Shown here piece after piece: positions 27,305 through 37,514 of a stretch of 64,000 nt of DNA. The notes under the pieces were generated by a model. The model did no database searches and was not told the DNA's origin. It saw only the letters and a list, made by a program, of their open reading frames with translations. Made by a program: the position numbers and the translations under genes. Position 1 is the stretch's first letter; every line of letters starts with the position of its first letter. Source of the stretch: Deltaproteobacteria bacterium (lineage in GTDB: Bacteria > Myxococcota > JACRCW01); assembly GCA_016218805.1 (NCBI GenBank), contig JACRCW010000136.1, forward strand, positions 1-64,000. The letters are read 5' to 3'.

Positions 27305-27457
27305 GCTCCCCTCCGCTGTGCAGCCGACGCGAGCTTCACCCGCCGCCCACGCCACCCGCAAACCCAGGCATTGACTGGCCAGTCAATCCGCGTGGTGACG
27401 TCGGACGGTCAACCGGCGGTGCGTACCCCGCCGGTGGTGGTAGTGTCCGGGCGGTCC

Positions 27458-29407
27458 ATGCCCCGTCTCCGCCGCGTCATCCTTGCCGCGTTGCTGCTGT
27501 GCCCGGAGGCGGCGCACGCGGCGCTGCGGACCGCGGTGCTGGCGCCCTCCGGGGACAAGACGGGCACCAAGCTGGCGGACCAGGTGGAGTTCAACCTGGA
27601 GGACAACGAGGACATCACGCTGGAGCAGCGGGACCGCGTGACCGAAGCGTTGGACAAGCAGAACCCGTTTGGTGAGGAAGCCCTGGCGCAGGCCATGGAC
27701 ACCGCGGAACTGGACGTGCTGGTGCGCGTGGTGAAGTCCGGGAAAGGCTACGCGCTGATCCTGTATGACCGTGACGGTCTGGACGTGGAAACGCTGGATG
27801 CCGGGCCGGTGAAGAGCCCCGCGGACACCAAGGCCGCGGGCGGCAAGGTCACGGTGAAGGTTGTGAAGACGCTGTCCTCCTGGGAGCGCAAGCGGACGGC
27901 CCGGGCGGAGAAGCGTGAGGCGGAGTTGCGGCGCGCGCAGGACCAGCGGCGCAAGGAGGAGGAGAAGGCGGAAGAGGAGCGGCGCAAGAAGGAGAAGCAG
28001 AAGGAGAAGTCACGCACCGCGTGGATGGATGACGAGGGCGGTGACAACGAGCTGCCCGCCCCGCCGGATGCGGCCCCGGAGGACGCACGGTCCGGACGGC
28101 GGGGTCCGGTGGTGGGTGGTGACGACGAGGACCTGGCCCCGCCGCCGCGCAAGGAGGAGCCGCCGCCCAAGAAGCCCGAAAAAAAACCCGCGAACCCCGC
28201 CGCGCGCGCGCCGGAGCCACCCCGGGAAAAGGCCCGGAAACCCGAGGAGGGGCGGCGCGCGCTGGATCCGGATGAGCCCACCGACGACGTGGAGCCCCGC
28301 CCGCGGCGGGGGGCCCCCGCCGATGACGCCGAGGACGGCGGCCGGCCGCAGCCCAAGCCCAAACCGCGGCCCAAATACGGGGAGCCGTACGCGGGCAAGG
28401 AGCCCGGCGGAATTGAGGGATTCGTCAAGGGCCTGTACACGCTGCACGAACCCATCCCGTACTTCTCCGCCAGCGTCGGCCCGTCGGTGTCCGCGTGGAG
28501 CTACACGTTGCGCGAGGCGAGCGGGCGCCGGCGCGCGTCCACCTGCTCGCCCACCGTGTCGCCGTCGTTCTCGTTCTCCTGCATCCCGCACGGGGGCGCG
28601 GACCTGTGGGTGGAAGCCTGGCCCATCCGTTACGTGGGGGTGGACGCCAACGCGCGGTTTGCCGGCACCGTGTACCCCGCCGCCCGCTCCGCGCAGACCG
28701 GCCGGCCGGTGACGGAACCGGCCACCGTGCCGTCGTTCCTGTTGGGTGCGCAGCTGGCCGCCAAGGCGCGCTTTGTCCTGCATTTCACACCCTTGCCTGA
28801 ATCCATGCAGCAGTGGAGTCCCAAGGTGGCGCGGGACCTGCTGCGGGGCATCGGCGCCGGGGTGCGGGTGCGGCTGGGGTATTCGCGCAACCTGGTGGGA
28901 CGGCAGAAGCCGTTCATTGCCATTCCCGGCTACCACGCGGTGCAACTGGCCCTGGGCGTGGAGAGCTATTTCCCCGTGTTCTACAAGACGCTGGCCTTTG
29001 ACGCGCGCGCTGAGGCCATCCCGCTGGTCTATTACCAGGAAATTGCCGGCATTCCCGCGGATCCATCTGAAATCCTCCTGCCGCGCAAGACGCTGAACAA
29101 CCCGGGCGCGTTTGGCCGCACCGTGGGTTGGCGCTTTGACGTTGGTACGCGCCTGGCCGCGCCCACCGGGTTGTTCCTGGAAATACGTGCTTTCCATGAA
29201 GGCTATTTCGCCATGTTCACGGGGAGCGGCAACCGCACGGACATCAACCTGGAGCCCATCCCGGACGGGCGCGTGATCAACCTGACCTTTGGCATCACCC
29301 TGGCGGTGGGCTGGCTGTTCCCCAAGCTGTTTGATCCCTGGTCCGTGGATGACGTGAAGAAGCTCACCGGCCTGGGCGGCGCGGAGCCCGCCACCGCCCG
29401 CCCGTGA
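27458..29407 (+). CDS. Exported protein with charged low-complexity linker and probable C-terminal beta-barrel
   Basis: Signal peptide; K/E/P-rich linker; alternating aromatic/hydrophobic strands at the C-terminus. Confidence 0.65.
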   Translation: MPRLRRVILAALLLCPEAAHAALRTAVLAPSGDKTGTKLADQVEFNLEDNEDITLEQRDRVTEALDKQNPFGEEALAQAMDTAELDVLVRVVKSGKGYALILYDRDGLDVETLDAGPVKSPADTKAAGGKVTVKVVKTLSSWERKRTARAEKREAELRRAQDQRRKEEEKAEEERRKKEKQKEKSRTAWMDDEGGDNELPAPPDAAPEDARSGRRGPVVGGDDEDLAPPPRKEEPPPKKPEKKPANPAARAPEPPREKARKPEEGRRALDPDEPTDDVEPRPRRGAPADDAEDGGRPQPKPKPRPKYGEPYAGKEPGGIEGFVKGLYTLHEPIPYFSASVGPSVSAWSYTLREASGRRRASTCSPTVSPSFSFSCIPHGGADLWVEAWPIRYVGVDANARFAGTVYPAARSAQTGRPVTEPATVPSFLLGAQLAAKARFVLHFTPLPESMQQWSPKVARDLLRGIGAGVRVRLGYSRNLVGRQKPFIAIPGYHAVQLALGVESYFPVFYKTLAFDARAEAIPLVYYQEIAGIPADPSEILLPRKTLNNPGAFGRTVGWRFDVGTRLAAPTGLFLEIRAFHEGYFAMFTGSGNRTDINLEPIPDGRVINLTFGITLAVGWLFPKLFDPWSVDDVKKLTGLGGAEPATARP

Positions 29408-29410
29408 GCC

Positions 29411-29749
29411 TCACATCTCCACCAGCAGGTCCCGCGCGCAGCGGTGCAGCGCCACGCGCGCCTGCCAGGTGGGCGTGGCGGTGGTGGCCAGCAGGACCAC
29501 TGCGTACGTCTCCGTCACCACCTGGATGAACGTGTTGCCCTCCACGCCGTGCACGTGCAGCTGGCGCGGGGCCATGGCGTGCGCCAGCAGCGGCGCCACG
29601 TACGCACCCGCCACCTGCAGGTCGTACGCGGCCAGCGTGGGGTCATGGACCACGTGCTGGATGGCCTCGCCCTCGTGGTCCACAAAGATGGCACCCCGGG
29701 CCCCGGGCACGCTCCGGCACAACTGCGCAAGGACCACGTCAAACGACAC
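29411..29749 (-). CDS. Roadblock/LC7 (MglB-like) domain protein
   Basis: VPGARGAIFVDHEGEAI motif; start uncertain. Confidence 0.7.
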   Translation of the reverse strand: MSFDVVLAQLCRSVPGARGAIFVDHEGEAIQHVVHDPTLAAYDLQVAGAYVAPLLAHAMAPRQLHVHGVEGNTFIQVVTETYAVVLLATTATPTWQARVALHRCARDLLVEM

Positions 29750-29851
29750 GCCCACTGTGTAAGACGGCGGGCGCCCCCGGTTCAACCGCCGCCAGCTTGC
29801 CAATCCGCTTCCTGACGCCTATCTCCGCGCGCCCCCACGACGGGGTGCCGG

Positions 29852-30946
29852 GTGACGAAGGTGCAACGCGATCCGCACTGGTCCGACTGGAAGTGGCAGG
29901 TCCGCCACGCCGTGCGCACTCCGGCCGACCTGGCCGCGCAGCTGACGCTGACGCCGGACGAGGCCGAGGGCGTGCGCCGCACCACCGCCGGTGGCCTGCC
30001 GCTCACCGTCACGCCGTACTTCATGGAACTGGTGGAGCGGGAGGGGCCGGACGGTCCGCTGCGCCGCCAGGTGGTCCCGTCCGCCGCGGAGTGGACCGCC
30101 TCCCCCGGTGAACGTGATGACCCGCTGGGCGAGGAGGCGCTGCTGGCCGCGCCGTCACTGGTGCACCGCTACCCGGACCGCGCGCTGTTGTGGGCCACGG
30201 ACCGGTGCGCGTCCTACTGCCGCTTCTGCACGCGCAAGCGGCTGGTGGGGCAGGGGCCCACGCCCACCGAATCCGACGTGGCGGACGGCATTGATTACAT
30301 CGCCCGGACCCCGTCCATCCGTGACGTGATCATCTCCGGCGGGGACGCGCTGTTGCTGGATGATGACAAGCTGGTGTCGCTGGTGGCGCGCCTGCGCGGC
30401 ATCAGGCACGTGGACGTCATCCGGCTGGCCACGCGCATGGTGGCGTTCTGTCCCATGCGCATCACGCTGGACCTGCTGCACCAGCTGCGCGCGTTCCAGC
30501 CCGTCTATTTCCTGCTCCACTTCAACCACCCCGCGGAGCTCACGCCGGAGGTCACCGCCGCCCTGGCGCGCCTGGCGGACCACGGCTTCCCGCTGCTCAA
30601 CCAGTCCGTGCTGTTGCGCGGCATCAATGACCGCGTGGACGTCCTGGAGGCGCTGTTCCGCACGCTGGCCCGCCTGCGCTGCCGCCCGTACTACCTGCAC
30701 CAGTGTGACGCCATCACCGGCGCGGCCCACTTCCGCACCACGCTGGACAGCGGCCTGGACCTGGTGGACGCGCTGCGCGGGCGGGTGAGCGGACTGGCCC
30801 TGCCCACGTACGTCGTGGACGTGCCTGGTGGCCGGGGCAAGGTCCCGCTGGCGCGTGACCCGCGCGTGAGCCGTGAGGGCGGGTTGGTGCGCCTGCGCGG
30901 CAGCCTGGGCGGCACGGCGGACTACCCGGAGCCTTCGGACAGCTGA
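29852..30946 (+). CDS. kamA: Lysine 2,3-aminomutase (radical SAM)
   Basis: HRYPDR, CASYCRFCTRKR, SGGD, NQSVLLRGIND and PGGRGK motifs; adjacent to kamDE. Confidence 0.9.
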   Translation: MTKVQRDPHWSDWKWQVRHAVRTPADLAAQLTLTPDEAEGVRRTTAGGLPLTVTPYFMELVEREGPDGPLRRQVVPSAAEWTASPGERDDPLGEEALLAAPSLVHRYPDRALLWATDRCASYCRFCTRKRLVGQGPTPTESDVADGIDYIARTPSIRDVIISGGDALLLDDDKLVSLVARLRGIRHVDVIRLATRMVAFCPMRITLDLLHQLRAFQPVYFLLHFNHPAELTPEVTAALARLADHGFPLLNQSVLLRGINDRVDVLEALFRTLARLRCRPYYLHQCDAITGAAHFRTTLDSGLDLVDALRGRVSGLALPTYVVDVPGGRGKVPLARDPRVSREGGLVRLRGSLGGTADYPEPSDS

Positions 30947-31010
30947 CCGTGCACGAACGCGCGCGTTCGGGTACAAGGGCGCCGCCCCTCGGGCCGAGGC
31001 GGAGGAACTC

Positions 31011-32582
31011 ATGGCCACGCTCCCCCTGGACCACGACAAGGTAGCGGACTGCCGGCACCTGGCGCGCGGCATTGCCGCCAATGTCCAGCAATACATTGAC
31101 GGTCACACCACGGTGGCCGTGGAGCGCACCGTGCTGCGCCTGCTGGGCGTGGACGGCACCGGTGAACACGGTGCGCCCCTTGCCAACCTGCTGGTGGAGA
31201 CGCTGCACAAGGCCGGCGTGCTGGGGAAGGGTGCCGCGTGGTGGATGGGCCGCTGTTTCCGCCTGGGCATGGACAGTCCCACCACCATGGCGCTGGAGTT
31301 GCCGCGGCTGCTGGCCGCCGGTGACCGCGGGGTCCCGCCGCTGTCCGCGGAGGACGAGCAGGCCCTGCAGGACGACGTGGCGGCCCTGGCGCGGGACGCG
31401 GTGGAGGAACTGGGCCGCCGGCGCGAACACCGCAAGGCGCTGCGCCGCAGCCTGGGCATCGGACCGGACCCGCAGAAGTACATCATCGTCGCCACGGGCA
31501 ACATCCATGAGGACGCGGTGCAGGCGCGCGCGGCGGCCCAGGCGGGGGCGCAGATCATTGCGGTCATCCGTTCCACCGCCCAGAGCCTGCTGGACTACGT
31601 GCCGCAGGGCGCCACCACGGAGGGTTTTGGCGGTACGTACGCCACGCAGGAGAACTTCCGCATCATGCGGGAGGCCCTGGATGATGAGAGCCGCAAGCTG
31701 GGCCGCTACATCCAGCTCACCAACTACAGCTCCGGGCTGTGCATGCCGGAGATTGCGTACATGGCCGCGCACGAACGCCTGGACATGCTGCTCAATGACA
31801 GCATGTACGGGATCCTTTTCCGCGATATCAACATGCGGCGCACGTTCATTGACCAGTATTTCTCGCGCCGGATCGTCGCGCATGCGGGCATCATCATCAA
31901 CACCGGTGAGGACAACTACCTGACCACCGCGGACGCGGTGGACAAGGGCCACACCGTCCTCACCAGCCAGTTCATCAACGAAGCGCTGGCGCACCTGGCC
32001 GGGATGAAGGACAGCCAACTGGGGCTGGGCCACGCGCATGAGATTGACCCGTGGCTGGAGGACAGCTGGCTGCTGGAGCTGGCCATGGCGCAGCTGGTGC
32101 GGCAGGTGTTCCCCGCGCACCCCATCAAGTTCATGCCCCCCACCAAGCACATGACCGGGGACATCTTCTGGAGCCACGTGTACGACGCCATGTTCAACCT
32201 GGCCACCGTGGCCACCCGGCAGTCCATCCAGCTGGCCGGCGTGATGACGGAGGCCATGCACACGCCGCTGATGATGGACCGGTATGCGGCCATCAAGAGC
32301 GTGAATTACATCTTCAACGCGGCACGCCACCTGGGTGAGGAGATTGAGTTCAAGCGGGGCGGCATCATTGACCAGCGCGCCCGGCTGGTGCTGGACCGCG
32401 CGCACGCGGAGCTGCAGCACGTCTCCCGCGCCGGACTGATGGACGCCATTGGCGAAGGGGTGTTTGCGGACACGCGCCGCAAGCTGGACGGAGGGAAGGG
32501 CCACGACGGCGTGGTGCAGCGTGATGCCGGGTATTTCAACCCGTTCCTGTCCCTGCTGACCCCCGCGGCCGAGCCGTACTGA
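31011..32582 (+). CDS. kamD: Lysine 5,6-aminomutase alpha subunit
   Basis: TTVAVERTVLRLLG, IVATGNI, QSLLDYVP.GAT.EGFGGTYATQENF and NYSSGLCMPE motifs. Confidence 0.95.
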   Translation: MATLPLDHDKVADCRHLARGIAANVQQYIDGHTTVAVERTVLRLLGVDGTGEHGAPLANLLVETLHKAGVLGKGAAWWMGRCFRLGMDSPTTMALELPRLLAAGDRGVPPLSAEDEQALQDDVAALARDAVEELGRRREHRKALRRSLGIGPDPQKYIIVATGNIHEDAVQARAAAQAGAQIIAVIRSTAQSLLDYVPQGATTEGFGGTYATQENFRIMREALDDESRKLGRYIQLTNYSSGLCMPEIAYMAAHERLDMLLNDSMYGILFRDINMRRTFIDQYFSRRIVAHAGIIINTGEDNYLTTADAVDKGHTVLTSQFINEALAHLAGMKDSQLGLGHAHEIDPWLEDSWLLELAMAQLVRQVFPAHPIKFMPPTKHMTGDIFWSHVYDAMFNLATVATRQSIQLAGVMTEAMHTPLMMDRYAAIKSVNYIFNAARHLGEEIEFKRGGIIDQRARLVLDRAHAELQHVSRAGLMDAIGEGVFADTRRKLDGGKGHDGVVQRDAGYFNPFLSLLTPAAEPY

Positions 32583-32594
32583 AGGGAGCTGACC

Positions 32595-33344
32595 ATGCAG
32601 CGGCGCATCCGCCCCTACGGCGACAAGACTGACGACGGCGTCATCCAGATGTCCTTCACGCTCCCCGTGCCCGCGGGACCGCGCGCACGTGAGGCCGCGC
32701 GCCTGCTCCTGGAGCGCGAGATGGGCATGAAGGACGTGAAGATTGCCTCCATGGAGGGCATTGCCACGGATTACACGTATTTTGTGGCCTACGCGTCCAC
32801 GCAGGCCTCCCTGGACTATGACGCCGTGGACGTCCCCATTGTGAAGACGCCCAACTATGGCTTCACCGGCGTGAACCAGCGGATTGAAAGCGAACTCAAG
32901 CGCCACATCATTGTGGTGGGCGGCAACAACGGCTTTGACAGCCACACGGTGGGGATTGACGCCATCATCAACATGAAGGGCTTCTCCGGGGATTACGGCC
33001 TGGAGCGCTACCCGTGGTTCCGCGCGTTCAACCTGGGCGCTCAGCTCAAGGATGACGAGTTCCTGGACCGGGCGGTGGAGGTCAACGCGGACGCGGTGCT
33101 GGTCTCCAAGGTGGTCACGCAGCGGGATATCCACAAGGAGGACGCGCTGGGGCTCATCCAGCGCGCCAAGGACCGCGGCCTGCGGGACCGGTTCATCTTT
33201 GTCATTGGTGGGCCGCGGCTCACGCACAAGGAAGGGCTGGAGTGGGGGTTTGACGCCGGGTTTGGGCCCGGGACCAAGCCGTCTGACGTGGCCAGCTACC
33301 TGGCTGACGAAGTCATCCGCCGCGCCCGCGGCCGGCAGCGTTGA
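32595..33344 (+). CDS. kamE: Lysine 5,6-aminomutase beta subunit (B12-binding)
   Basis: [38 protein letters not shown]. Confidence 0.95.
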   Translation: MQRRIRPYGDKTDDGVIQMSFTLPVPAGPRAREAARLLLEREMGMKDVKIASMEGIATDYTYFVAYASTQASLDYDAVDVPIVKTPNYGFTGVNQRIESELKRHIIVVGGNNGFDSHTVGIDAIINMKGFSGDYGLERYPWFRAFNLGAQLKDDEFLDRAVEVNADAVLVSKVVTQRDIHKEDALGLIQRAKDRGLRDRFIFVIGGPRLTHKEGLEWGFDAGFGPGTKPSDVASYLADEVIRRARGRQR

Positions 33345-33358
33345 AACAGGAGGATTCC

Positions 33359-34009
33359 ATGGCGGGTGAACGCAGCGTCCTCAGGCTCCGCATGAGCGCG
33401 CATGACGCGCATTACGGCGGCAACCTGGTGGACGGCGCACGCATGCTGGCGCTGTTTGGGGACGTGGCCACGGAGCTGTGCATCCTCCGGGACGGGGACG
33501 AAGGCCTGTTCCGGGCGTACGACAAGGTGGAGTTCCTGGCGCCCGTGTTCGCGGGGGACTGGATTGAGGCCGAGGGCGAGATCCTCTCCGAGGGCACCAC
33601 CAGCCGGAAGATGCGCTTTGTGGCGCGCAAGGTGATGCAGGCGGTCCCCGGACACCCCAGCCACGTCAACGTCCTCAACCCGCCGGTGACGGTGTGCGTG
33701 GCGTCCGGCACGTGCGTGGTCCCGCGGGACGTCACCCGCGGGCCGCAGCCCACCCCGCAGGTCCCGGACGCGCTGCTGGAATGCCGGGATATCGCCGCGG
33801 TTCGCGGCGACCTGGTGGACACCCTGCACGCCGTGAAGCTGGCGGATGACCTGGTGCGGGTGGGCCGGACGCGCATCCGGCTGGTGGCCGGCGGCGGCAC
33901 CACCACGGTGGTATGCCACGTTGAAGAGGGCCCGGTTGACGGCGCGGTCCACCGCACGCGTGAAGGACACGTCCTGCGCCTGCAGCCGGCGCCCACCGCG
34001 TTGCGGTGA
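33359..34009 (+). CDS. kal: 3-aminobutyryl-CoA ammonia-lyase (hotdog fold) with C-terminal extension
   Basis: [29 protein letters not shown]...[10 protein letters not shown]. Confidence 0.88.
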   Translation: MAGERSVLRLRMSAHDAHYGGNLVDGARMLALFGDVATELCILRDGDEGLFRAYDKVEFLAPVFAGDWIEAEGEILSEGTTSRKMRFVARKVMQAVPGHPSHVNVLNPPVTVCVASGTCVVPRDVTRGPQPTPQVPDALLECRDIAAVRGDLVDTLHAVKLADDLVRVGRTRIRLVAGGGTTTVVCHVEEGPVDGAVHRTREGHVLRLQPAPTALR

Positions 34010-34035
34010 CTCACCCGTTGTTCCGTGGAGGTACC

Positions 34036-34860
34036 ATGCAGCCACTTGTCATCACCGCAGCGCTGGTTGGGGCGGAGACCACGCGCGAGCAGAATCCCCA
34101 CCTGCCCATCCACCCCGAGGAGATTGCTGCGGACGCCGTGAAGTGCTGGAAGGAGGGGTGCAGCCTGGTCCACCTGCACGCGCGCAACCCGGACGGTTCC
34201 CCGTCACAGGCCGCCGCACTGTTCAAGCGCATCGTGGCGCTCATCCGCACCGAGTGCGACGTGATTGTCCAGGTCTCCACCGGCGGCGCCGTGGGCATGT
34301 CCGTGGATGAACGGTGCGGATCACTGGAGTGCTCGCCGGACATGGCCACGCTGTCCTGCGGCACGGTGAACTTTGGTGATGACGTGTTCATGAACAGCTG
34401 GCCGATGATCAAGGACATTGCGGCGCGCATCCGCAAGCGCGGCATCACGCCGGAGATTGAGGCCTTTGACGCGGGCCACATTGACACCATGCTGCGGCTG
34501 GCCAAGGAAGGTCTGGTGGACCTGCCCGCGCACGTGGACCTGGTGCTGGGCGTCCCGGGTGGCCTGTCCGCCGGTGAACGCCAGCTGGAGTTCATGGTGG
34601 GCAGCCTCCCGCCCGGTTGCACGTGGACGGTGGCCGGCGTGGGACGCCACCAGCTGCCCATGGCGTATTACGCGGTGGAACGGGGTGGGAACGCGCGCGT
34701 GGGCCTGGAGGACAACATCTTCCTGAAGAAGGGCGTGCTGGCCCAGGGCAGCGCCCCGCTGGTGGCGGCAGTTGCCGAACACGCGCGCAAGGTGGGCCGG
34801 CCGCTGGCCACGCCCACGCAGGCCCGGGAACTGCTCCGCGTCCGTCCCCGCCCGGAATAG
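34036..34860 (+). CDS. kce: 3-keto-5-aminohexanoate cleavage enzyme
   Basis: VHLHAR, QVSTGG and RVGLEDN motifs; GGAGG SD. Confidence 0.93.
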   Translation: MQPLVITAALVGAETTREQNPHLPIHPEEIAADAVKCWKEGCSLVHLHARNPDGSPSQAAALFKRIVALIRTECDVIVQVSTGGAVGMSVDERCGSLECSPDMATLSCGTVNFGDDVFMNSWPMIKDIAARIRKRGITPEIEAFDAGHIDTMLRLAKEGLVDLPAHVDLVLGVPGGLSAGERQLEFMVGSLPPGCTWTVAGVGRHQLPMAYYAVERGGNARVGLEDNIFLKKGVLAQGSAPLVAAVAEHARKVGRPLATPTQARELLRVRPRPE

Positions 34861-34922
34861 TCCCCGTTTCCGTCCCCGCTGGCGTCCTTGCCGGACACCG
34901 TGGCGCGCAGGAGCATTCACGT

Positions 34923-35870
34923 ATGGCACCCGCGGACCCCACCTTCCGCAGCGACGGGCTGAGTTCCAGCGATCAGCTGCGCGTCGTCGCGGCCGAGCCG
35001 AACGCCGCCGCCGTGTTCGTGGGCCCGCTGCCCACGTTGTTCCGCGGTGTGGTGATTGCCCCCCGCTGGGCGGTGGTGCTGGTGCTGGCGTTGACGTTTG
35101 CGGCGGCCACGCTGGTCCACAACGCGTCCCTGGGCGAACTGGACGTGGGCATGTTCTACCTGGTCCCGCTGGCGCTGGCGACGTGGATGTGGGGTCTGCG
35201 GGGCGGGATTGTGCTGGGGCTGGCGGCGTCAGGGACCACGCTGGCGGTGGACGTGCAGCACCGCGCCGCGTTTGATTCCACCGTGGCGCTCAGCTGGGAC
35301 GGCATTGTGCTGACGGTGCTGTACCTGGGTGGCGCGGTGGTCCTGGCGGAGTTGCGCCGCTCATACCGCCGCATTGCGGACCTGGCGCGGACGGACGGCC
35401 TCACCGGCCTGCTGAACCGCCGCGGGTTCTGGGACCGGGCCGAACAGGAGTTCCACCACGCGCGCCGCGCGCATTGGCCCATCACCGTCATGCACCTGGA
35501 CCTGGACCGCTTCAAGGAACTCAATGATTCGCGGGGACACGCGGAGGGTGACCGCTTGCTGGTCGTGGTCGCGGACATCCTGCGGCGCCTGCGGCGGACG
35601 GACGTGTCATGCCGCATTGGCGGTGACGAGTTTGTGGTCCTCATGCCCAACACCACCGCGGACGCCGCGCGCCTGGTGGTGGACAAGCTGCGCCAGGAGG
35701 TCAGTGCGGCCATGGCGCGCAATGCCTGGGGCGTCACGTGTTCCATTGGCGTGGCCACGTTCCTGCGTGTTCCGGTGACGGTGGAGCAGATGATCCAGGT
35801 CGCGGATTCGGCGATGTACTGCGTGAAGCGGGGCACGCGTGACGGCGTGGAATACGTGACCGTGACCTAG
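34923..35870 (+). CDS. Membrane-bound diguanylate cyclase
   Basis: Four N-terminal TMs; DGLTGLLNRR, DLDRFK, RRTD I-site and GGDEF. Confidence 0.92.
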   Translation: MAPADPTFRSDGLSSSDQLRVVAAEPNAAAVFVGPLPTLFRGVVIAPRWAVVLVLALTFAAATLVHNASLGELDVGMFYLVPLALATWMWGLRGGIVLGLAASGTTLAVDVQHRAAFDSTVALSWDGIVLTVLYLGGAVVLAELRRSYRRIADLARTDGLTGLLNRRGFWDRAEQEFHHARRAHWPITVMHLDLDRFKELNDSRGHAEGDRLLVVVADILRRLRRTDVSCRIGGDEFVVLMPNTTADAARLVVDKLRQEVSAAMARNAWGVTCSIGVATFLRVPVTVEQMIQVADSAMYCVKRGTRDGVEYVTVT

Positions 35871-35933
35871 GACGGCGCGCAGCAGCGTTGCAGGACCGGC
35901 CTCTGTTTCCGGCCCGCGGCCGCTGAAAGCGCG

Positions 35934-36650
35934 CTATTCCCCCAGGTACGCGCGCCGGATCTCATCATTGGCAAGCAATTCCGCGGCGGGACCCTGCAGG
36001 ACCAGCGCACCGGTTTCCAGCACGTAGCCGCGGTGGGCCACCTTCAGCGCGAGATGAGCGTTCTGTTCCACCAGCAGGATGGCGGTGCCGCCGGCATTGA
36101 TCTCCCGCACAATGCGGAAAATGAGTTCCACCACCTGAGGCGCGAGTCCCAGCGAGGGTTCATCCAGCAGCAGCAGCTTGGGGCGGCACATGAGGGCGCG
36201 GGCCACGGACAGCATCTGCTGTTCGCCGCCGGAGAGCGTGCCGGCGGACTGTTTCACGCGTTCCTTCAACCGCGGAAACAGCGCAAACGCGCGTTCAATA
36301 TCCGCCTCAATGGCGTCCTTGTCGGTGCGCAGGAAGGCGCCCAGTTCCAGGTTCTCATGGACGGTGAGGTTCTGGAAGATGCCGCGTCCTTCCGGCGCGT
36401 GCGCCATGCCCAGCGCCACCAGGCGGTCCGCGGGCAGTCCGGCCACGTCCCGTCCCAGGAACGTGATGCGTCCCCGGCTGGGCCGCACCAGCGCGCTCAC
36501 GGCGCGCAGCGTGGTGGATTTCCCGGCGCCGTTGCTCCCCAGCAGGGTGACCACTTCGCCTTCCCCCACGGTGAGGGACAGGCCGCGGAGCGCGTGAATG
36601 GCCCCGTAATGCACATGCACATCCGCCAGTTCCAGCAGCGGGGCGGTCAC
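35934..36650 (-). CDS. livF: Branched-chain amino acid ABC transporter ATPase
   Basis: GSNGAGKST, LSGGEQQML, LLDEPSLGLAP and VEQN motifs. Confidence 0.95.
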   Translation of the reverse strand: MTAPLLELADVHVHYGAIHALRGLSLTVGEGEVVTLLGSNGAGKSTTLRAVSALVRPSRGRITFLGRDVAGLPADRLVALGMAHAPEGRGIFQNLTVHENLELGAFLRTDKDAIEADIERAFALFPRLKERVKQSAGTLSGGEQQMLSVARALMCRPKLLLLDEPSLGLAPQVVELIFRIVREINAGGTAILLVEQNAHLALKVAHRGYVLETGALVLQGPAAELLANDEIRRAYLGE

Positions 36651-37453
36651 GGGGCGGCCCCGGCGGGTGGGGCGTGTTCGCGCGCGTACTCGTCGCCCAG
36701 GTACGCTTCAATCACCCGGATGTTGCGCTGGATATCATGCGGGGTCCCCTCCGCAATGGTCTCGCCGTGGTCCAGCACCATGATGCGCTCACTGATGCCC
36801 ATGATGAGCTGCATGTGGTGTTCAATGAGCAGTATTCCCACGCCAAAGTCATCACGGATGTGGCGGATGAGTCCCAGCAGCGCCTGGGTTTCCATGCCAT
36901 TCATGCCGGCAGCGGGTTCATCCAGGAGCAGGAAATTGGGCCGGGTGGCCAGGGCGCGGGCAATCTCCAGGCGGCGCTGGTCGCCGTACGGGAGGTTGCG
37001 CGCCAGCATGCCGGCCTTGGCCAACAGGTTCACGCGCTCCAGCAGGGCGGCGGCGTCGTGCTCCTGGCGTTGCTCTTCGTCACGGGCGCGGCGGGTCTGC
37101 AGCACCACATCCAGCAGGGAGACGCGGGCGCGCTGGTGAAAGGCGGCCTTCACGTTGTCCAGGACGGTGAGGTCCTTGAACAGCCGGATGTTCTGGAAGG
37201 TGCGCACCACGCCGCGGCGGCAGATGTCATGCGGCTGGCCGCGGAACGGCTGGCCGTCCACCACAATCCGCCCGGTGGACGGGCGGTACACGCCGGTGAG
37301 CATGTTGAAGCAGGTGGTCTTCCCGGCGCCGTTGGGCCCAATGAGACCCACCAGTTCGTTCTTCTGCAGCACCAGGTTGAAGTCTGAGACCGCGGTCAGA
37401 CCGCCGAACCGGATGGTGACGTGTTCGGCGCGGAGGCTGTGCGGATCGGCCAT
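36647..37453 (-). CDS. livG: Branched-chain amino acid ABC transporter ATPase
   Basis: GPNGAGKTT, RTFQNIRLF, LPYGDQRRLEIARAL and LLDEPAAG motifs. Confidence 0.95.
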   Translation of the reverse strand: MADPHSLRAEHVTIRFGGLTAVSDFNLVLQKNELVGLIGPNGAGKTTCFNMLTGVYRPSTGRIVVDGQPFRGQPHDICRRGVVRTFQNIRLFKDLTVLDNVKAAFHQRARVSLLDVVLQTRRARDEEQRQEHDAAALLERVNLLAKAGMLARNLPYGDQRRLEIARALATRPNFLLLDEPAAGMNGMETQALLGLIRHIRDDFGVGILLIEHHMQLIMGISERIMVLDHGETIAEGTPHDIQRNIRVIEAYLGDEYAREHAPPAGAAP

Positions 37454-37514
37454 GGTGCGTCCCGCGAGCGCGGGTCCCCCCCGGAATCAACCCGCGCAGG
37501 CTCGCTGTTGGGAC

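Noticed and set aside
29852..30946. EF-P beta-lysylation protein EpmB
   Set aside because: Its context beside kamDE-kal-kce and the absence of efp/epmA favour catabolic KamA.
30714..33227. 837-aa antisense ORF
   Set aside because: It is a mirror frame of kamD/kamE with no recognisable motifs.
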